This document shows, in pieces, positions 30,001 to 37,601 of a stretch of DNA of 47,127 nt; positions within the stretch are counted from its first letter, which is position 1, and each line of letters starts with the position of its first letter. The DNA comes from Terracidiphilus sp. (GTDB taxonomy: Bacteria; Acidobacteriota; Terriglobia; Terriglobales; Acidobacteriaceae): positions 1-47,127 of the forward strand of contig JBAWCO010000594.1 in NCBI GenBank assembly GCA_049590315.1, written 5' to 3'. Under the pieces are notes generated by a model. That model saw only the letters and a program-made list of their open reading frames with translations, was not told the DNA's origin and ran no database searches. A program made the translations under genes and the position numbers.

Positions 30001-30949
30001 CGGAATCTTTCTTGAAGAAGAAGGGCGCTGCGTTGAGCAAATTGGAGCCGTGATGCGCATAGAGCCCACCGTGAATCTGGTTGCCGCCGGACTTGGTGCT
30101 GAGATCGATATGCGCACCGCTCGCTGAACCTTGCTGTGCATCGTACATGGAGGCATTGACCCGGACCTCGTCAATGGTCTCCGGCGCGGGTGTCGGAATG
30201 GCGTTGCCGATAGCGAGATAGACCGATGCCGCACTCTGTTCCACGCCGCCGCCGCCACTATTGCCTACGCCGGTGTTGTTCACCACTCGCGAGGAACTGA
30301 CCTGCGAAGTGCTCTTGCCGTTGAACAGGTTGCTCCCGTCGACGCCATTGAGTTGGAAGCTGTTGCTGGTATCGCGCTGTCCGTTCGCCCAAATGGGAGC
30401 ATTTCCGAGGCCGGAGTTTACGCCGGTACCTCCGGGAAGTTCCGCGTTGACCCCAGGCGACAAGATCGCAACGCCGGTAAAGCTGCCGGTTGCCAGCGGC
30501 ACCGCTTCAATCTCTGCCTTATCGAGGATGTATCCATTGGTGGTATCTGCGGCGTTCATCAGCGGGGAAGCTTCCACCTCGACTGTGGTCGTGGTCTGGC
30601 CGACTTTGAGCGCAGCATTTACGGTGGCCGTGCGGTTGGCCTGCACCGCAATGTGCTGCGTCTTCTGCATATCGAATCCTTCGGCCGTATAAGTTATCGT
30701 GTAGGTGCCGATCGGAAGGTTTACAAAACTGTACGTGCCCGAGCCATTTGTCGACGTGGTTCGCGTGAGCGCGGTTTGCTCGTCGACCATTGTGACTTTT
30801 GCATTGGGAACCACGCCACCCGATGCATCGCTGACCTCGCCGGTGATGCCGCCGAGTGTCTGCTGTGCCAACAGAGAAGAACCACAACACAGCGCGATGA
30901 CCGTCGCGACCGCGAACAGCCTGGAAAGCAGATTGGAGAAATTACGCAT
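27011..30949 (-). CDS. TonB-dependent receptor-like protein with N-terminal carboxypeptidase-regulatory-like domain
   Basis: Signal peptide (..SSLLA/QQTLGGITGEVSD), GTYSFVNLPIGTYTIT, PAPETIDEVRVNASMYDA, KSGGNQIHG, DKFQARPNLTITLGVRYD, IAPRLGFAW, C-terminal SLHFDF. Confidence 0.88.
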   Translation of the reverse strand: MRNFSNLLSRLFAVATVIALCCGSSLLAQQTLGGITGEVSDASGGVVPNAKVTMVDEQTALTRTTSTNGSGTYSFVNLPIGTYTITYTAEGFDMQKTQHIAVQANRTATVNAALKVGQTTTTVEVEASPLMNAADTTNGYILDKAEIEAVPLATGSFTGVAILSPGVNAELPGGTGVNSGLGNAPIWANGQRDTSNSFQLNGVDGSNLFNGKSTSQVSSSRVVNNTGVGNSGGGGVEQSAASVYLAIGNAIPTPAPETIDEVRVNASMYDAQQGSASGAHIDLSTKSGGNQIHGGLYAHHGSNLLNAAPFFFKKDSGIPAADKNPALHRYILGGSASGPIIKDKLFGFLGYQHLHVSDEETGDTEAPVPPGLSDTNRTPGGLASLVNANWGGSLAENGLAVTSNDWSSNPLGLALFQAKLPNGQWLVPNDNGHTPDFYSPFNSFEKGTSYFISDQLVSSVDWNATAKDLLAIKYYYQHDPDSTPYALSSVPGFTEHMDTGSQVLSINNVQTLRPNLSVTETLGFIREKAYSTNDQLWAPGQAGTPLAGMTTAFGKYFSGFTIVDGLGESTPAGLGAQSLNIGPSAASQSANTGVFQNRLQPSGNAILTVGRHSLTFGGSYAFTQLDIRDLRTGTGTAASPDFATFAKNWVTPYSTNGFVATTFLQGDANRYYRANQTGLYASDKFQARPNLTITLGVRYDWNGGLTEKYGRIFNFEPSQYQYSAANDTIESSGLIIAGNNANGTKGVSDTTLTGRQWGIAPRLGFAWQPEKLNNKVVVRAGTGMYYDRGELYTYFSPGYAAGEVSGGPFGISQTPPFVTQQTCPYSASPYGNTSFLYDFFIPICGAGTPYGPDTSAYSLATPWGTTLGPGPSNPSAASLINYLPTAAGIIAGAQPFTLGDYNRANKLPYSINFTLDLQWQPSNTLMVEVGYVGNLGRHQVIPLPFNQAHIATQGSPALAGGPHAQYFSYGYTVLDPNTFSPICVNDPTGANCQYGQMQQNYEGGNVDLRVPYVGYSSESETYTAAGISAYHALQAHLEKRLSHGFQAGVSYTYSHATDEQSALGLFYNGNDPNKLRSGYGSADFDRKHVLNFTYGYTLPKFYGEGTLMGKIVNSWALHGVGIIQSGQPYSIIDFSGAVGSLFYSTFDGITNPIVPLAKGCTAKSAVTGKSGAFYDGTAASAALKASCFTIPLVAPGTSGVPNGDVFETAFTTGQRNIFRQAYQKRADASLVKQIAFREKYNLRYTFDIYNVTNTTSFDIPSDDVTQNNSFNNAPVYDTDPYSLYTAAPGGLGVTKHTIGSPRQIQMSLHFDF

Positions 30950-30996
30950 GGAATATCTCAAGTGGCGGGCCTCGGAAATAGGGTTTTCCCCATAGG

Positions 30997-31051
30997 TTTT
31001 TTGATCTGTCAAAAAACGCAAAATGGACAACGCGTTTTGATTCGTTCAAAA
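30997..31051. promoter_or_regulatory. Pair of related palindromes upstream of the TonB receptor
   Basis: TTTTTTGA-tctg-TCAAAAAA (30997-31016) and TTTTGA-ttcgt-TCAAAA (31035-31051) in an AT-rich gap. Confidence 0.5.
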
Positions 31052-31189
31052 AACAGGAAACAGTGAAGCTATACGAGTTGAGCTCGTTTTCGGTCTGATT
31101 TATGGCCGTTTTGAACTACGGGGTGTGGTTAGAATATCGATTATGACATAAATTTCATCTAAAGATTTGATGTTTTCGGGTAGCGAAAC

Positions 31190-31603
31190 TCAAGCCTCAT
31201 GTGCTTCAGTCTGCGGCAAAAGAGAGACGTGGGCTTGAACGATTCTCCAGCCTTCTGGGAGGCGAACCCAGACTTGGCTCTGGCGGCCTCGGACGACTCC
31301 GGCGGGAGATGTGCGCTCGAATTCCAACGTAATACTGCCCAAATCGCGGCCAAATGTGACGATGTCGAGCCGAGTAACAGTGCGTACCAGATTCGTCGAT
31401 GGACGGCCCTTGCGAAACTCCGCGAGTTCTTCAGGGCCGTAGAGATTCTCCGTGACTCCGAAGCGCATGACCTGTGGACCCGCCCAAAACATTTCTACCA
31501 GTATTTCCACATTGTTGGTCACAAGAGCTTGTTCATAGCGCGGGTAGAGCGCGCGCAACTCAGCCACAACTTCGGGGTCGTTGATGGTCATGCCGGTGGT
31601 CAT
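31190..31603 (-). CDS. hpxZ: AtzH/HpxZ-like protein (DUF3225, NTF2-like fold)
   Basis: INDPEVVAEL..YEQALVTN, RFGVTENLYG, GRQSQVWVR...GWRIVQAHVS. ATGA overlap with the formamidase gene. Confidence 0.82.
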   Translation of the reverse strand: MTTGMTINDPEVVAELRALYPRYEQALVTNNVEILVEMFWAGPQVMRFGVTENLYGPEELAEFRKGRPSTNLVRTVTRLDIVTFGRDLGSITLEFERTSPAGVVRGRQSQVWVRLPEGWRIVQAHVSLLPQTEAHEA

Positions 31604-32547
31604 CTTGTTGAGAAGAGCCTTCGATGAGGGAGTATCTGTTTGGCCAGAGCAGCACTGACGGTATAAATGGGCTCGTTCACAACCTGGCTGAGGCGGAGTT
31701 TGAGTGCCACGCTGCACAAAATATACGCGTGTACATCTGTGAAACCCCAACGACTGACGAGAAGATCAATCATGCGGCCAGTAGCGGCGCGGGCCGTATC
31801 GGCAAGGTCGGTTCCAGTTTCCACAACCACCCAGGAGTCAGCAGAGGAGTCGGGCGCAGCCGTGTCGTTGGATTCAACGAGTGGGCCGGCGAGCGGTTGC
31901 TGCTTGTGCAACTTGAAGCGCAATGTCACGTCGAGCGGGCACTCGATGCCGTTGATGCAGACCTCGCCGTCTCCTTGCGCCGCATGGCCGTCGCCGCAAC
32001 TGAAGAGTGCGCCGTGGTTGTAGACCGGTAAGTAGAGCCGCGATCCAGCGCTGAGTTCGCGTACGTCCAGATTGCCTCCGAATTGGCCTGGGGGGCGAGT
32101 GCGGAAAGCGCCATCTTCAGCGCGCGCCACGCCCATAACGCCTAGAAACGGCCGCAACGGTACAACCGCCGGAGTCAACGAACTGCTGGTCTCGCCCTCT
32201 AGCTGCCAATGAAAAAGATACGGCTCGTGGAAACGATCCTTCAAAAACCCAAGACCGGTCAGGATGCTGGACCACCCCCAACCGGCATGACGCGTGGCCT
32301 GGACATCTATTTCCAAAACATCGCCAGGTTCTGCTCCATTGATCCAAACGGGGCCGGTAAGCGCATGAATGCGGGTGCGGTCTATGGCCAGAAACTCCGC
32401 CGTGGTCATGCCGGGATGCACCTGGCCTCCGCTCGCATCCGCGCACTGGAAGGCAACTTCGTCGCCGGGTTCGATGCGCAGGCGGGGTTCAAGTGATCGG
32501 TCCCATACCGAATGGGTAGGCTCGGCGGAGAGTAGGTGTTCGGTCAT
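31600..32547 (-). CDS. Acetamidase/formamidase family protein (FmdA_AmdA)
   Basis: HALTGPVWINGAEPGDVL, PFLGVMG, GGNLD, LYLPV, GDGHAAQGDGEVC..IE. Confidence 0.9.
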   Translation of the reverse strand: MTEHLLSAEPTHSVWDRSLEPRLRIEPGDEVAFQCADASGGQVHPGMTTAEFLAIDRTRIHALTGPVWINGAEPGDVLEIDVQATRHAGWGWSSILTGLGFLKDRFHEPYLFHWQLEGETSSSLTPAVVPLRPFLGVMGVARAEDGAFRTRPPGQFGGNLDVRELSAGSRLYLPVYNHGALFSCGDGHAAQGDGEVCINGIECPLDVTLRFKLHKQQPLAGPLVESNDTAAPDSSADSWVVVETGTDLADTARAATGRMIDLLVSRWGFTDVHAYILCSVALKLRLSQVVNEPIYTVSAALAKQILPHRRLFSTR

Positions 32548-33017
32548 GATTCGTTGACCCTCACGGTCATTTGTAACTCAACCAGGGCGTTCCGTGGCAA
32601 CGCGCTTACACCCACGGCTGCGCGCACATGGCGACCCGCCTCTCCAAAGACGCGTACCAGCAGGTCGGAGGCGCCATTGATCACAGCAGGTGGGTCCGGG
32701 AATCCTGAAGCCGCATTTACGTAACCATTCACCGTTAGAACTTCGGCGATGCGATTGAGAGAGCCTAGTTCGCGTTTGAGAACGGCCAACTGGGTGAGGG
32801 CGCAGGCGGCGGCCGCGGCGTATCCTTCGTCGACTGTGCGATCGAGTCCAGCCGTCCCCGTGATGATACCGTTGGGGCCGGTGGAGATGACGCCCGATAG
32901 GTAGACGACGGTGCCCACGCGCTTGGCTGCGACATAATTCCCACCCGGAGCGGGTAACTGAGGAAGCACGAGGCCGAGACTGGCAAGATTCTCTTCGGGT
33001 GATAAAAACGGCGTCAT
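32544..33017 (-). CDS. RidA/YjgF/UK114 family protein (Rid1-like)
   Basis: LGLVLP, VYLSG, GYVN, INGASDLL..VFGEAGRHVRAAVGVSALP..VE. Start is ATG 33017 or 33023. Confidence 0.88.
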   Translation of the reverse strand: MTPFLSPEENLASLGLVLPQLPAPGGNYVAAKRVGTVVYLSGVISTGPNGIITGTAGLDRTVDEGYAAAAACALTQLAVLKRELGSLNRIAEVLTVNGYVNAASGFPDPPAVINGASDLLVRVFGEAGRHVRAAVGVSALPRNALVELQMTVRVNES

Positions 33018-33026
33018 TTGCATTTG

Positions 33027-33035
33027 AATGTAGCA
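33027..33035 (-). promoter_or_regulatory. Extended -10 element for the RidA-formamidase-hpxZ operon
   Basis: Minus-strand TGcTACATT 9 nt upstream of ATG 33017, with no SD. Confidence 0.5.
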
Positions 33036-33053
33036 CGTGCAGCGAGGATTCTT

Positions 33054-33082
33054 TTGGCATTTGGCCCGGGCGCAGTTAGCAT
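33054..33082 (+). promoter_or_regulatory. Sigma70-type promoter of a probably leaderless cytochrome c operon
   Basis: TTGGCA-N17-TAGCAT followed 6 nt later by the ATG at 33089. Confidence 0.6.
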
Positions 33083-33088
33083 GAGGCC

Positions 33089-33961
33089 ATGGTAAAAGCC
33101 TTTCTACTAATTTTGTTCGCCGGCGCTATGCTTGGTGCGCCGTTCGGGTCGGACTCCAAGAGCCTCCTGCATGTCGAGCGGTCCTCTCCAGGTGATCTGG
33201 AAGTGGTTGGCGACATTTCGGGACAATCGCCGGACGCTACCCGCTATGTGCGGTACGAGGATCTGCTTCGCCTGCCCCAGGAAACTTACACGGTGAGCGA
33301 CGATTCCAATTTGTCAGGGAAGACGGAGATCAGCGGAGTGCCGTTGACGGTGCTCGCCAGGATGTTTGGCCGCGGGGCAGACGACCAGTTGATCGTGGCC
33401 GTCGCCTACGATAAATACCGAGGGAATTATCCGCACGATTACCTTGTGACGCATCATCCATTGCTGGTTTTGCGCGTCAATGGTCAGTTGCGCGACCAAT
33501 GGCCAAAGTCAATCTACGGTGGACCACTGGGTCCTTATCTGATCTCGCATCCGTTCTTCAAGCCGGCATTCAAGGTGCTGTCGCATGAAGATGAACCGCA
33601 GATTCCATTCGGCGTAGTGCGCATTGAGCTGCGTCGCGAGTCAGAGGTGTTTGGTTCGATTCGTCCGCGGGGTGACTGGCCCGCGGATTCAGCGGTCCAA
33701 AAGGGATACGTGATCGCCCGCCAGGATTGCTTTAGGTGCCACAACATGGGCGCCGAGGGCGGTACGGTGGCCGGCCGCTCCTGGATGAAACTTGCTCAGA
33801 AAGCCAATGAAGATGGCGAGCGGTTTCGTCAGATCATTCGCAATCCAGAGTCCGTGACGCCAGGGGCAACAATGCCGGCTCATACGGACTACGACGACGC
33901 GACGGTGGATGCGCTGACAGCATACTTCAAGACGTTTGCCGCGGCCCGGAGGACCCCATGA
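33089..33961 (+). CDS. Exported protein: molybdopterin-oxidoreductase-like (Cys-less) N-domain fused to a class I cytochrome c
   Basis: N-terminal hydrophobic signal; LLRLPQ..GVPL..L..AYDKY...P..LLVLRVNG..GP pattern; single heme motif CFRCH with a distal Met in GATMPAH. Confidence 0.7.
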   Translation: MVKAFLLILFAGAMLGAPFGSDSKSLLHVERSSPGDLEVVGDISGQSPDATRYVRYEDLLRLPQETYTVSDDSNLSGKTEISGVPLTVLARMFGRGADDQLIVAVAYDKYRGNYPHDYLVTHHPLLVLRVNGQLRDQWPKSIYGGPLGPYLISHPFFKPAFKVLSHEDEPQIPFGVVRIELRRESEVFGSIRPRGDWPADSAVQKGYVIARQDCFRCHNMGAEGGTVAGRSWMKLAQKANEDGERFRQIIRNPESVTPGATMPAHTDYDDATVDALTAYFKTFAAARRTP

Positions 33962-34455
33962 TCACACGCGCCGCGAAGCTGTTGCTGCTCGCGGGAATCG
34001 CTCTTTACTCCACGCTGGTAGTCTTCAATAACCTCACCGATTTCGATTCGAACTATCAGTTTGTCCGACATGTTCTGATGATGGACACAACGATTCCCGG
34101 CAACCACGGTCTGTGGCGAGCGTTGACTTCGCCTTCAATTCATCTTGCCTTTTATATCAGCATTATTGCGTGGGAGATTGCCAACACGATCCTGCTCTGG
34201 TGGGGAGCGGCCAGGCTGGTTAAGGTGCTTAGGCTTCCGGCAAACGCGTTCAATTCATCCAAGGGACTGGCTGTGATGGCGCTTGTTCTATCGATGCTGA
34301 TGTGGCTGGTCGCCTTTCTTTCAGTGGGGGGAGAATGGTTCCTGATGTGGCAGTCGCACGTGTGGAATGGTCAAGAGGCGGCATTCCGCATGTTCGTCGT
34401 GGTGGGACTGGTTCTGCTGATTATGTTGCAGCCCGATACCGAAAGGCAGTCTTGA
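33958..34455 (+). CDS. DUF2165 family small integral membrane protein
   Basis: FNNLTDFDSNYQFVRHVLMMDTT, GGEWFLMWQS..WNGQ..AFR; about four hydrophobic helices. Confidence 0.8.
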   Translation: MITRAAKLLLLAGIALYSTLVVFNNLTDFDSNYQFVRHVLMMDTTIPGNHGLWRALTSPSIHLAFYISIIAWEIANTILLWWGAARLVKVLRLPANAFNSSKGLAVMALVLSMLMWLVAFLSVGGEWFLMWQSHVWNGQEAAFRMFVVVGLVLLIMLQPDTERQS

Positions 34456-35042
34456 AAAGCTCTGTTGCTGCCATCGTTCTGGCCGCGGGCGCCAGCCGAA
34501 GGTTGGGTCAACCAAAGCAGTTGTTGATGCACGGTGACGAAACGATGCTCGCGCGTTCGATCCGGCTTGCAAATGAGGCTGGCGCCGGTCCGGTCATCGT
34601 TGTGCTTGGTGCTCATCACGAGAGGATCCGCGACGTCGTTGCGCCGGACAGCGCGATCGTCGTGATCAATGAAAAATGGGAGCAGGGAATTGCGAGTTCA
34701 ATCCATGCAGGGGTGAACGCGATCGAGGCCGCCGCTCCTGCCGCTTCCGGCGCTTTGATTCTGAGTTGCGATCAGCCGAGGCTAACTGCTGCACACATGC
34801 GCACATTGATCGAGAGCTTCACTGCGCAGAATGAGCCCTCGATTGTGGCCTCGGTGTATGCGGGTATCCATGGAGTCCCAGCGGTATTTCCGCGCTTCGC
34901 ATTCCCGCATCTGCTTGCGCTTAGTGGGGACAAGGGAGCTCGCGCCTTGCTGAAGCACCCGCCTTGCCCTTTGATTGTGTTGCCGTTTGAGGGCGGTGAA
35001 GTGGACATCGACCGGCCTGGCGACCTGGCCGAACTGGAATAG
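34452..35042 (+). CDS. mocA: Molybdenum cofactor cytidylyltransferase-like nucleotidyltransferase (MocA/MobA family)
   Basis: IVLAAGASRRLGQPKQLL, NEKWEQGIASSI, CDQP, VPAVF, GDKGAR, DIDRPGD. TTG start overlaps the upstream stop. CTP specificity inferred from XDH context. Confidence 0.78.
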   Translation: MKSSVAAIVLAAGASRRLGQPKQLLMHGDETMLARSIRLANEAGAGPVIVVLGAHHERIRDVVAPDSAIVVINEKWEQGIASSIHAGVNAIEAAAPAASGALILSCDQPRLTAAHMRTLIESFTAQNEPSIVASVYAGIHGVPAVFPRFAFPHLLALSGDKGARALLKHPPCPLIVLPFEGGEVDIDRPGDLAELE

Positions 35043-35043
35043 T

Positions 35044-35886
35044 CTATCGCTCGATTGTGGCTTCGATATAGCCATGGGGCTCGTCGATCGGGACAAAGAT
35101 GTGGTTTGGGTTGTCTTGTCCGAAGGGGCTCAAGTCAGCGAGCAGGTGGTGCAGGTTGGGCATGGTGAGGGTGATGCTGGCAATTTCGGGTGCGGCCGCG
35201 AGCGCCGCCTTGCCCATGTCGAAAAGAGTGTGTTGGACGCTCATACTGTCGTGGTCAGCAAACTCCTTGAGCAGGGCGGCGACGATCCGTGTGCGCACCA
35301 GTGCATGATCCGGCGCGGTTGAGGCATATTCCCAGGTCACCGTGGCACTGGTGCCAAAGATTCGATCGGTAGCCGGTTTGAGCGTAGTCAGCTTGTCCTT
35401 GATGTAACCGGTGAAGGCCGATTTTGTCGTCTTCAAAATGACCAGGCCGTCGATCCCCGATCTCACTGACCACTCGCGCCCCTGGTCCCGAACGGCGCGC
35501 ACTGTATTTACTTCCGGTCCGCCGAGTTTGAAGGCGAATGGATCGGGCTCTCCATCCACGACCAGGCGCTCCCAGGCCTTCTCGTCAATTTCAACGAGGG
35601 CGCCGCTCACTTGCGGGTTGTTGGACAGCAAGTAGTCGCCAAGTTCGGTAGCGAACTCCTCAATGGTTGCAGCCTTCGAATCACGTGCCACTGAGTAGAC
35701 GGTGTTTTTCATCGTGTCCGTGGGCAGGATTTTGCCGTTGTCCGCTTCAGTAAAGCTGCTCTCGAAGTCGCCTTCAAGCAGTACCCGCACGATCCACTCC
35801 TTGAAGTCGTGATGATCTCCGTGGCGCGTGATGCGCGAGAGACGCACGCGCGATTTACCGTAGCGATTTTCTCCCAGTCTTGCCAT
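35044..35886 (-). CDS. pucL: Urate oxidase (cofactor-independent uricase)
   Basis: NRYGKSRVRL, PTDTMKNTV, LKTTKSAF, SVQHTL, MPNLH, PHGYIEA. Confidence 0.93.
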   Translation of the reverse strand: MARLGENRYGKSRVRLSRITRHGDHHDFKEWIVRVLLEGDFESSFTEADNGKILPTDTMKNTVYSVARDSKAATIEEFATELGDYLLSNNPQVSGALVEIDEKAWERLVVDGEPDPFAFKLGGPEVNTVRAVRDQGREWSVRSGIDGLVILKTTKSAFTGYIKDKLTTLKPATDRIFGTSATVTWEYASTAPDHALVRTRIVAALLKEFADHDSMSVQHTLFDMGKAALAAAPEIASITLTMPNLHHLLADLSPFGQDNPNHIFVPIDEPHGYIEATIER

Positions 35887-35890
35887 GGTC

Positions 35891-36220
35891 TCAGCTTCCT
35901 CTGTAGGTTGTGTAGCTATTGTCGCTTAGCAAAAGCGGCAGGTGATAATGGGCCTTGCCGTCGCAGATGAAGGTGATGGATATCTCAGGATAGATGCTGG
36001 TGCGGCCCATGCGAGTCAGATACGCGCCACTGGCGAAGGTGAGACGATAAAGGCCTACATCCGCATCCTGCGTAAGGTCGCGGCAACGTCCATCCGCGTC
36101 GGTTGCGCCCTCCGCAGCGGTATCCCATGCGTCGTTTTCCCGCATCTCAAGCCTGATGCCGATACCGACGGCAGGCTTGCCCAGTACTGCGTCCAGAACG
36201 TGCGTCGTGATTTCACTCAT
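35891..36220 (-). CDS. uraH: 5-hydroxyisourate hydrolase
   Basis: ITTHVLD..GKPA, TDADGR, YPEI, HYHLPLLLS, C-terminal YRGS. Confidence 0.95.
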   Translation of the reverse strand: MSEITTHVLDAVLGKPAVGIGIRLEMRENDAWDTAAEGATDADGRCRDLTQDADVGLYRLTFASGAYLTRMGRTSIYPEISITFICDGKAHYHLPLLLSDNSYTTYRGS

Positions 36221-36726
36221 TCTACTAACCACTTTCCCAGCCGAATTTGCATGATTTGGCGTTGCTGTTCTGCGGCCTCGCGCAGCTCGGTTGCGCGGTC
36301 GCTGGTCAATCGCCGATTGAGGATTGTCAACATTTCGTCGGCGGTCTTTCCTGTTGCGCACACAATGTAGGTGAATCCAAAGCGCTGTTCATAGAGCGCG
36401 TTGCCCTGGGCTAGTTCTTCAAGCACGCTGGCCTCCGCGCTAACTGCGGACGACTGTTCCTGACTTGACCACGCGGCCGATTTGGCGGTTGCGTGCGCGG
36501 CTTTTCGCTCGCCAATGCGCGGATGAGTGGCGAAGGCTTCCATCCAGTCGGCCTCATTCATTGTGCCCCAGACGTGGTCGGCCGACTCGCTTAATTTCAA
36601 GACGCTGGCAATCGGTCGCAGCGCAACCATGGCCTCAACCCATCGGCGAGATCCGCAGCAAGCAATCATTGACTCAATGGCGTCACTTGTGTCGGCTGCA
36701 TTCCAGGATTGCAGAGTCGTATTCAC
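36217..36726 (-). CDS. uraD: OHCU decarboxylase
   Basis: EAFATHPRIG, SSQEQS, NALYEQRFGFTYIVCATG, EQQRQIMQIRL. Confidence 0.93.
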   Translation of the reverse strand: MNTTLQSWNAADTSDAIESMIACCGSRRWVEAMVALRPIASVLKLSESADHVWGTMNEADWMEAFATHPRIGERKAAHATAKSAAWSSQEQSSAVSAEASVLEELAQGNALYEQRFGFTYIVCATGKTADEMLTILNRRLTSDRATELREAAEQQRQIMQIRLGKWLVE

Positions 36727-37601
36727 TTCGCCGGACCCTCCGAGCGAATTCCGGTCAAGAACTCTTCGAGCAGATTCGCGGCTACGCGCACACGGTACTC
36801 GGCAGTAGAGCGAATGTCGTCAATGGGCTTGGCTTCGGCCAGCAGCGCAGCCCGCGCGGACTGAATGGTTTCAGGATCGATGTGGTTGCCGAGCAATGCG
36901 GCTTCAGTTTGCATGAGTCGCGTGGGGAAAGGAGCGAGGCTCGCCGCGGCTAAGCGAACTTGAGTGAGCATCCCGTCGTCGACAAGGGCCGTTCCAGCCA
37001 GCGCAACTTTGGAAATCGCCATGGCGCGCCGTGTTCCCACTTTGCGCAGGTACTGGCGATGATGCGCAAAGCGAAGCGCCAGGTGAACTGCATAGAGAAG
37101 CTCGTCGGGAGTCAGCGCGTTGCGCTTGTAGCCGGTGTGAAAGACAGAATAGGGAATGCGACGACTACCTCGAACCGACACCAATTCGACTTCCGCGTCG
37201 TATACCAGAAATGCGGGCGATGAGTCTGCTGCGGGCGATCCATTAACGAGATTGCCGCCAACGGTGGCGCGGCTTTGGTTGGCAATTGAGCCGATCCAGC
37301 TAGAAGCTTTGGTGACGAGTGGCAACTGTGCGGCGATGGCGGCGTGGGTGCGCAAATCGCGAAAAGTCGAGCCGGCGCCAATGATGACGCTCTCCGATTT
37401 AGTCGTGATAAAGCGCAGATCTGGTATGCCCCAGAGGCTTACCAGCTTGCTTACGTTGAGACGTCCTGCCGCATGCGCGACCATCAGTTCGGTGCCGCCG
37501 GCGATCGGCGTCCACTCACCCGGCGCGGAGGCCATCAACTCCAGTACGGCGGACAGGCTACCGGGCGCGATTAATTCGTGTGCATGCGGATCACCGCGCA
37601 T
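36723..37601 (-). CDS. Xanthine dehydrogenase FAD-binding subunit
   Basis: IAGGTELMV, IGSIANQSRATVGGNLVNGSPAADS, YLRKVGTR, PIDDIRSTAEYR. Confidence 0.9.
   Translation of the reverse strand: MRGDPHAHELIAPGSLSAVLELMASAPGEWTPIAGGTELMVAHAAGRLNVSKLVSLWGIPDLRFITTKSESVIIGAGSTFRDLRTHAAIAAQLPLVTKASSWIGSIANQSRATVGGNLVNGSPAADSSPAFLVYDAEVELVSVRGSRRIPYSVFHTGYKRNALTPDELLYAVHLALRFAHHRQYLRKVGTRRAMAISKVALAGTALVDDGMLTQVRLAAASLAPFPTRLMQTEAALLGNHIDPETIQSARAALLAEAKPIDDIRSTAEYRVRVAANLLEEFLTGIRSEGPAK

Noticed and set aside
33089..33961. Cytochrome c as a PuuD-type urate oxidase
   Set aside because: It lacks the multi-helix membrane domain of PuuD, and a canonical uricase is present.
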